Below, in pieces: positions 57,976 through 64,000 of a stretch of 64,000 bases of DNA. Both the position numbers and the translations under genes were made by a program. Positions within the stretch are counted from its first letter, which is position 1. Each line of letters starts with the position of its first letter. This DNA is from a virus (lineage: Duplodnaviria; Caudoviricetes), in IMG/VR virus record IMGVR_UViG_3300014208_000026, positions 160,001 to 224,000 of that record; one strand, 5' to 3'. Below the pieces are notes generated by a model, which worked only from the letters and a program-made list of their open reading frames with translations, ran no database searches and had not been told where the DNA came from.

Positions 57976-60900
57976 ATGACAACGGTTCCGAACGACACTT
58001 TGGGTGCAAGTCGAGACACGACACCGACCACGCCGACCAGGGACCCGTGGCAAGAAATGATGGAGAGGTTTTCTCCGGTTCCGGCGTCGAAGATGGTGCA
58101 GGCCGCTGAAGTCATTCAGGGGCTGGCCGGATCGTGGGCTAATAGTTATGTTCTCGGTTCCGGTTCGATCATGGACGACAATCGGGCTCAGGAGCCCGGG
58201 GCTCCGAGTCAGGTCCAGGCCGTGCTCAACACCCTGGGTCTGCCTGGAATGCCCGAGATCAATTTTGCTCCCTATGCCCATAGGACCAATCGCATGGGGT
58301 CTAAGGGCGGTTCCCTCATCGGGCACCCGATCTCTTTCTCTGTTGTCGGACCTACGCTGAAAAACCCGAGAACCAACTGGCAGTGGGTTATCACGGACAA
58401 TAGCGGGTCGGCTAATGGAGACGTTCTCCAGTTGGATTCTGTAGAGACGTTCAACCTGGACCCAACCATGGCTCCAGGGGCTTTCGCTAAAACGTTGGAA
58501 GACTGTTATGGGTTTGCCAATCTGGCGGGGTTCCAAGGGGGCTTGTACGTCACGATCACGCAGACCGGTGCTCCGGTGACTTTGACGGGGGATGTTTATA
58601 ACACGGCTGGCGGTATGGGCGACGGGCCTCTCAACACTGCACTCAATCGTGAGCCTCTGGTCCCGAAGACCTCCTACTCTAAGTCGGAGATTTTCAGGGT
58701 GATCGCAATGGACGACACCCCGGGGAATCACACCCTTACGCTCGATCCGAACAAGAGGCTGGCGGACTATTTCATCATCCCTGCGTTCCCTGACAATCCG
58801 GCTATTCGCGGTATCACGCTCCTGAAGCCCGAGGCTACCCGTTGTCTGGCGATTCCTGATTCTGGAGATAAGACTTTCGAGAAAGCTTTCATCATTGTGT
58901 CTCCCGAGCGGGCTCTGAATGCTGATAACTTGTACCCGCACTATGATTGGATTGATCCCGCTTTCCAGGAAGACGGGCTTCCTTTTATTTCTGCTGGATT
59001 GGTAGCTTACTACTCTTTGCCGCCGCACCTTCCGGTTCCGAGGTCGGTTGCGGTTATTGAAGGCCGTTTGTGGGGTGAGTCATTAGACGCCCCTTCTATC
59101 GCTGACCTGTCTGCCCGTATGTCAGTGGTTCTGGACGAGACTCTTTTGAGCAATCCTGGTGATTGGGCGGGGAAAATTATTCAGATTCGAGAGGTTAAGG
59201 TCAGAGGGAGCGCAAAGCTAACTATTGACCCAGGTACAGGTTGGCAAGCGGACCTGAAATCTCTGGTCGGTTGGTTTGAGGTCCTTTCCTGGACGGGGGC
59301 CGATAGCAAATACATTGTCCGTCGTATCGATGAGACAGATCCGGTTACGGGCAGAGCCTATTTTTACCCATCCCAGGCTTTCGAACTCGACCAGACAGTT
59401 CCTCCGGTGGCTGGAGACGGGATTGATCTCGCGATCACGGTCCATGAGCCGATTTCTTCCCTCTGGTCTTCTTCCTACTTTGATTATGATGCGGTGGACT
59501 CGGCCCGTTTGACCAATATCATCGACCCGAAGTGGTCGCCCAGGGCTCTCAAGTCCAGCGGGGCTTTTCCGGGAACTAGGCCTAATAGGGCGGACCGTTC
59601 TGTGTTCGACACTGAGGGAGATTCGGGGACGGGGCTGTATGCCAATCCTGGTAGTATGGCCGACCTCGGGTTCCGGATGGTGTTGTTCCCTGCGACTATT
59701 GATGCGGTGACGGGGTCCATCATTCCCGATTGGAGTAGGCCGGTTACTTCGAATGAGGTTGTGCTCGACCCCGCTATCACGACGGAGAAGCAGTGGGTCG
59801 AGATCGACTATGCCAACGGCATGATTCGTCTTTCGCATGCTCCTGCACGGACGGGGGCGCTGTGGCCGGGAGACCCTGGTGTTTTCACACACCCTACGGA
59901 AAATCCTCGTGGAGAACTCGTCATTTTCTGTTCTTGTGTGCCCTACTCTATGGAAGAGGGACAACTCGGGGGTGGTACGAGAGTTACGGGGTCCACGACG
60001 CTGGAGGGGATCTCTATGCCCCTCGGGGCAGGCCAGACCACGGAAATGGTTGACGTCTACGGGGAGCGGGTCGTAGTCCCCGTAGCGGCCCATGATATCC
60101 CCTCGTCGAATGGGTACACGGGTGCTGCGGCTTCGTTCATTCAGTTGGTCGGTTCGGTAGCTTCTCAGATTCCGGCCACAGGGTTCGTGGAGATCCTGGC
60201 AGGGCAGAATGCCGCGGGGGATCCGGTCTTTGCGGATTTGACCGTACGGGCTTCTACCTGGGGGTACAACGGGGTTACGGAGGACGGGACCTATACTTAC
60301 CTGAATAACATTTACGGTGGGGCACGGTACGCAGGTCCCGACACTGTAGCTGTCGCTACTGCGGATACTCACGTTGCTGTTTTCCGGAAGCAGGTGAGCT
60401 TGCCTTCTCAGGAGAACGGTCGGACCCTCGTCGACTACCAGCACGACACTACGTATGGTTCTGCGAAGCGTCCGAAGGTGCTTCGGTTCGAGGATGCAGA
60501 GCCGGTCGCTAACGTGGACGGTTCGGTTACGATCAAGCCTCGGCAGACCTTGCCCCTGAGTCAGGTTGAGCTGTTCAATGACCTGTTCTCTTCCTGGTTG
60601 CTTGAGGGCGGGACTCTAGGGACTCCCGCACTGGTGGGGGCTGATTGGGTTATACCCTATACTGCTTCGGTCGTTCTCTGGAAAGGTCGACGGTATGCTT
60701 TGCCGAAGGGGGAGATCCATCTTCCGGCGGCGGCTACTACGGTGTACCTGTACATCGGGGATACGGCTGGGATTTACCCCGCGTGGAATTATGCTGCAAC
60801 GCTCCCTCTGGGAGACTACGATCATATCCTCATGCATCGGGTGGATACTACGGTTCTCGCCCCTATCGGGGTTCGCGTAGATTTGCGATACCCCCTGGCC

Positions 60901-63336
60901 GACGTGGACAAGAGGGACTGCATTTACGTAGGCAACGTGGAGGGGATGGAAGCGTACACTCCGCATTTCACAACTCTCGTGGATGCGGTTGACTACGTCA
61001 ATGAGATTTATAACCCTGCCAATGGAAACTACCCGGGTCGGCGGCTTCGTATCCGAGTGGTTGGCTACACAGACGAGCCTGGGGACAGGTTGCCGATCAC
61101 GTTCAACGCCGATGGGATCATCATCGAAGGTGAGCCCTCCGCAAGTGTTGCGGGGGAAAAGAAAGAAGTTCGTTGGGACGGCGGGACAACTCCTGGGTCT
61201 GAAGGGGAAATGCCCCTCATCGATTTCAATGGCAGAGATGACATCATCATTCGGGATGTAGCTTTCAGGTGCACCCTGGATGAGACCACCTATCCGCCCA
61301 CTGATCCAGTGCGAGATCAGGCTACTATGCTCAGGGTGCTCTTTACGAACACGGGGGGCGTGTGCCAGCGTCTGGTTATCGACAACTGCCGCCTGTACGG
61401 ACCCGCACAGGGGTTCCTGTCTATTGACGCAGCACATCCCGGGAGTGGTCTGTCTGGCGCCCACATCACCAGGAACTATGCTGCTGAGGTGTTGGATGCA
61501 GGCATTCGTATTTCTCGGAACGTAGAGGTAGCGAACTACAGCGTATTCGAGAACAACACTTTCACTGTCAATGCTTTCCCCGGGGGGGACTATTCAGGGA
61601 ATGGTGGGATTTATCTGAATTCCACTTTAGGGGGAGCTAAGGGAGAGGGAATTCGAGTTTCCGGTAACACGCTGACGGGTTTCCACTTTGGAGTGCTTGT
61701 CAATCCCCTCACCGGGGGGTCTGTGACGGATAATACTCTTCTCGGAAGCTACGCTACAGGACTTCAAGTCCTCAGCGGAGATTCAAGCGCTGTTTCCAGA
61801 AACCGGTTGGTGGATGTCTGTACGGGTATTGCGGGGGGCCCGGGTCTGAGTGTAACTGGATCTAACTGCCATGTGGAGGATAACGCCGTTACCATTCAGA
61901 CCCCCGCTCCTGGAAACGTTGGTATAGCCGTTTCTTCTGGGGCAGGGAATAGCTTTTCGGGCAACACCAGCAATTCGGACATCACCTGGGCGAATTCCGT
62001 GGATGGGATTCTTCATGGGAATACGGGTACAGTTTTGGGGGTGTCAGGGGTTTCAACAAACCTCGTACTTTCCGCAAATGCCATTCAAACGGTCACGCTA
62101 GCTGCGGCTGCTACGGGGTGTCGTATTACGGATTGTCAGGGTACGGATTTCACCGTAGAAGCTAACTACACTTCTTTGAAAGGGGTCGTTTTCACCGGGG
62201 ATATGACCATCAATGGCGATAACGTGAAAGTGGCCGACTGCCAGGGAGGTGCCCTGAAATTGTTCGGGGGCTACGCCAGTGTGGTGGATACTTCAGTGTC
62301 TACTTTGGAAGCAGGGTACAACGCGGGCACTGCCGCTATGGTCTCGACCAACCACAGCCTGACCAACGTGGTTGCTTCGGGTTTGGTCTATTTCGGGGTT
62401 GACGTTCAGGCAGTCAATTGCCGGTTCCTCGATGACACCTACCTGACTTGGTTTGGCTCTCTTCAGAACTGTATTCTGGCGGATGTTCATGACTACGTTT
62501 GGGATTCCCCGACTGCGATAGCCCTCTCTCTTACTTTGATCGGGAATACCATTACCTTAGTGATGGGAGGTGCAGGAGCCTTGTCGTGTTCGGGCGGGGT
62601 TTTCAAGGGGAACCATTTCCTCGGGGACTTCAAAGTCACGGGTAATTCCGATGCACCTCCTTTGGCCGGGGTGTCCCATATCATCGACGGGAATACCGTT
62701 GGCGGAGATTTGTTTGTTGGTACCGCGGTGCTGTCCGCAAACAACTCCAGGGTGTGTAACAACATCGTCACAGGGGGCCTGGAGGCATACGGAGAGGACC
62801 TTTGCGTTATGGGGAATCATGTGACGGGTAGTGTTGTTGTCGGGGCTGGAGCTTTGGTTGCTGACGGCTCAAAAGTTTCCAGTAACACCGTGGGAGTGAA
62901 TTTGACTTTCTGTGGGGATGATGCTTGTGTAAGTGAGAACCGTGTCGTGGGAAATATCTCTATTCAGACGGGACCGGATGGGTCTGATGTGATCTCTAAC
63001 AATCAGGCTGTGAACATGGATTTCCCAAACGTAAAGGGAGATTGTTTTGTCCAGGGTAACGTTTTGAGCGGGAACCTGACGAACATTGGTTTGGGGGGTG
63101 TCTATATTGGTAATCGTGTGGCAGGGTTTATGCAGGCTCCGGGTACGAGTGCTGTCGTGATGGGAAACAAAGTGAGCGGAGCACTGGGGGCCGGAGGTGG
63201 GGTTATCGGGACTGCGATAGTCATGGGTAACCGTGCAGCTAGTGTTTTTGGAGTTACGGCTCCCGCTCTGCCCGGGGGTGCTATGGATGCGGAGCTTGCT
63301 GCTGGTGGAACTTACTACAACGTCACGGAGCCCTAG
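57976..63336 (+). CDS. Very large tailspike-like protein with a long C-terminal parallel beta-helix
   Basis: 1786 aa. HFTTLVDAVDYVN cap, followed by about 700 aa of xxGNxx / VxxNxV repeats (about 61240-63300). Confidence 0.65.
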   Translation: MTTVPNDTLGASRDTTPTTPTRDPWQEMMERFSPVPASKMVQAAEVIQGLAGSWANSYVLGSGSIMDDNRAQEPGAPSQVQAVLNTLGLPGMPEINFAPYAHRTNRMGSKGGSLIGHPISFSVVGPTLKNPRTNWQWVITDNSGSANGDVLQLDSVETFNLDPTMAPGAFAKTLEDCYGFANLAGFQGGLYVTITQTGAPVTLTGDVYNTAGGMGDGPLNTALNREPLVPKTSYSKSEIFRVIAMDDTPGNHTLTLDPNKRLADYFIIPAFPDNPAIRGITLLKPEATRCLAIPDSGDKTFEKAFIIVSPERALNADNLYPHYDWIDPAFQEDGLPFISAGLVAYYSLPPHLPVPRSVAVIEGRLWGESLDAPSIADLSARMSVVLDETLLSNPGDWAGKIIQIREVKVRGSAKLTIDPGTGWQADLKSLVGWFEVLSWTGADSKYIVRRIDETDPVTGRAYFYPSQAFELDQTVPPVAGDGIDLAITVHEPISSLWSSSYFDYDAVDSARLTNIIDPKWSPRALKSSGAFPGTRPNRADRSVFDTEGDSGTGLYANPGSMADLGFRMVLFPATIDAVTGSIIPDWSRPVTSNEVVLDPAITTEKQWVEIDYANGMIRLSHAPARTGALWPGDPGVFTHPTENPRGELVIFCSCVPYSMEEGQLGGGTRVTGSTTLEGISMPLGAGQTTEMVDVYGERVVVPVAAHDIPSSNGYTGAAASFIQLVGSVASQIPATGFVEILAGQNAAGDPVFADLTVRASTWGYNGVTEDGTYTYLNNIYGGARYAGPDTVAVATADTHVAVFRKQVSLPSQENGRTLVDYQHDTTYGSAKRPKVLRFEDAEPVANVDGSVTIKPRQTLPLSQVELFNDLFSSWLLEGGTLGTPALVGADWVIPYTASVVLWKGRRYALPKGEIHLPAAATTVYLYIGDTAGIYPAWNYAATLPLGDYDHILMHRVDTTVLAPIGVRVDLRYPLADVDKRDCIYVGNVEGMEAYTPHFTTLVDAVDYVNEIYNPANGNYPGRRLRIRVVGYTDEPGDRLPITFNADGIIIEGEPSASVAGEKKEVRWDGGTTPGSEGEMPLIDFNGRDDIIIRDVAFRCTLDETTYPPTDPVRDQATMLRVLFTNTGGVCQRLVIDNCRLYGPAQGFLSIDAAHPGSGLSGAHITRNYAAEVLDAGIRISRNVEVANYSVFENNTFTVNAFPGGDYSGNGGIYLNSTLGGAKGEGIRVSGNTLTGFHFGVLVNPLTGGSVTDNTLLGSYATGLQVLSGDSSAVSRNRLVDVCTGIAGGPGLSVTGSNCHVEDNAVTIQTPAPGNVGIAVSSGAGNSFSGNTSNSDITWANSVDGILHGNTGTVLGVSGVSTNLVLSANAIQTVTLAAAATGCRITDCQGTDFTVEANYTSLKGVVFTGDMTINGDNVKVADCQGGALKLFGGYASVVDTSVSTLEAGYNAGTAAMVSTNHSLTNVVASGLVYFGVDVQAVNCRFLDDTYLTWFGSLQNCILADVHDYVWDSPTAIALSLTLIGNTITLVMGGAGALSCSGGVFKGNHFLGDFKVTGNSDAPPLAGVSHIIDGNTVGGDLFVGTAVLSANNSRVCNNIVTGGLEAYGEDLCVMGNHVTGSVVVGAGALVADGSKVSSNTVGVNLTFCGDDACVSENRVVGNISIQTGPDGSDVISNNQAVNMDFPNVKGDCFVQGNVLSGNLTNIGLGGVYIGNRVAGFMQAPGTSAVVMGNKVSGALGAGGGVIGTAIVMGNRAASVFGVTAPALPGGAMDAELAAGGTYYNVTEP

Positions 63337-64000
63337 TTAGCCGGAGCGGTCACGTCAGCGCAACCGTTTCCCGAGAGGTAGGCACACCAAGGGGTCTGGC
63401 TCTCGGGAGCCAGACTTTCGATCGACACTTCTTTTTCCGTCACGGTGAGATTGAAGAGGTCCACTGCAGCCCCGCTAATCAGGTTGAACGAGGTCAGGTT
63501 CACGGGCTGACGTACCACGAGGTTCCCTTTGTTCCAGAGTTCGACGGTCATGTTCACGTCAGGGTAGAAGTACACACGGGGAGTGACGGTGCTGGGGGAT
63601 TCGAGAGAGGCGCCCTGCTGCAAGGTCACGAGGTACGTCGCGGGGTCCGTGACGATCTCCTTGGGGTAGGTGTTCGTCCCACTGCCGGGGTCGCATACGC
63701 CGTTCCCGTGGACCTTGGGGTCGAACTTCACGGAGTCCTTGTACAGATTCGTCTCGACCAGAACGGTGTCGTTCTCGGTGTCCACTTTCGCATGAAAGGT
63801 TTCGATGGTGTCCTCGTCGGTGCCCTTGAGAAGGTGCAGGCGGGGGCGGTACTCATACCCCGTCTTGTCGGTGCAGTCGAAGACCAACCGAATCTCGATA
63901 CCATCGCTCACGGGCACGGGGGACACGCTCAGGTTCTCTTCCTCGTGGAGGCACTCGCCGGTTTCCAGTTCACAGGAGTCCAGCGTCATGGGGTTGCCGT
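63333..64000 (-). CDS. Hypothetical acidic beta-rich protein, probably 5'-truncated by the window edge
   Basis: The frame stays open from the ATG at 63989 to the end of the window. Strong C/G third-position bias. Overlaps the tailspike stop convergently by 4 nt. Confidence 0.55.
   Translation of the reverse strand, partial: GNPMTLDSCELETGECLHEEENLSVSPVPVSDGIEIRLVFDCTDKTGYEYRPRLHLLKGTDEDTIETFHAKVDTENDTVLVETNLYKDSVKFDPKVHGNGVCDPGSGTNTYPKEIVTDPATYLVTLQQGASLESPSTVTPRVYFYPDVNMTVELWNKGNLVVRQPVNLTSFNLISGAAVDLFNLTVTEKEVSIESLAPESQTPWCAYLSGNGCADVTAPAN

Noticed and set aside
57958-60444. Antisense ORFs of 356 and 408 aa
   Set aside because: Shadow frames of the tailspike gene, with no RBS or domain signal.
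1-64000. Calling the locus an eCIS/tailocin
   Set aside because: No AAA+ ATPase or Afp16-like gene is present, while a long tape measure, a homing endonuclease and phage-type promoters favour a phage. The question remains formally open without the flanking sequence.

Overview
This window reads as the tail and baseplate morphogenesis region of a large, contractile-tailed (myovirus-like, probably jumbo) phage. It is an almost uninterrupted + strand run of tightly overlapping genes: probable tail tube, two tail-assembly chaperones, tape measure, two tube-initiator paralogues, hub, spike and tip, a 3444-aa virion protein, gp25-like, baseplate J/gp6-like and gp7/gpI-like wedge proteins, and about seven very large fibre/tailspike-type proteins. 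No capsid, portal, terminase, sheath or replication gene is recognisable here, so phage versus prophage versus eCIS cannot be settled from this window. All functional calls come from motifs, size and gene order, not from database searches. Four things interrupt the backbone. (1) A tandem double-HNH endonuclease with AT-rich flanks reaching into both neighbouring genes. (2) An orphan IS607-type TnpB with an intact D-E-D triad and a predicted omegaRNA end, which shares a promoter-like motif with the adjacent small phage gene. (3) A GC-rich antisense operon (40252-43344) encoding three paralogous ~150-aa domains, with 57-bp direct repeats at cassette starts and a truncated further cassette. (4) An AT-richer fibre/beta-helix module. 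Reading the intergenic DNA also gave a recurrent bipartite motif, CTATNG-N12-TAGG (putative late promoter), a second motif, TCGA-N12-ATAGAGTATAGTA, two small coupled ORFs missing from the ORF track, and a possibly structured 214-nt leader. No tRNA, rRNA, CRISPR array, reverse transcriptase or intein was found by eye.
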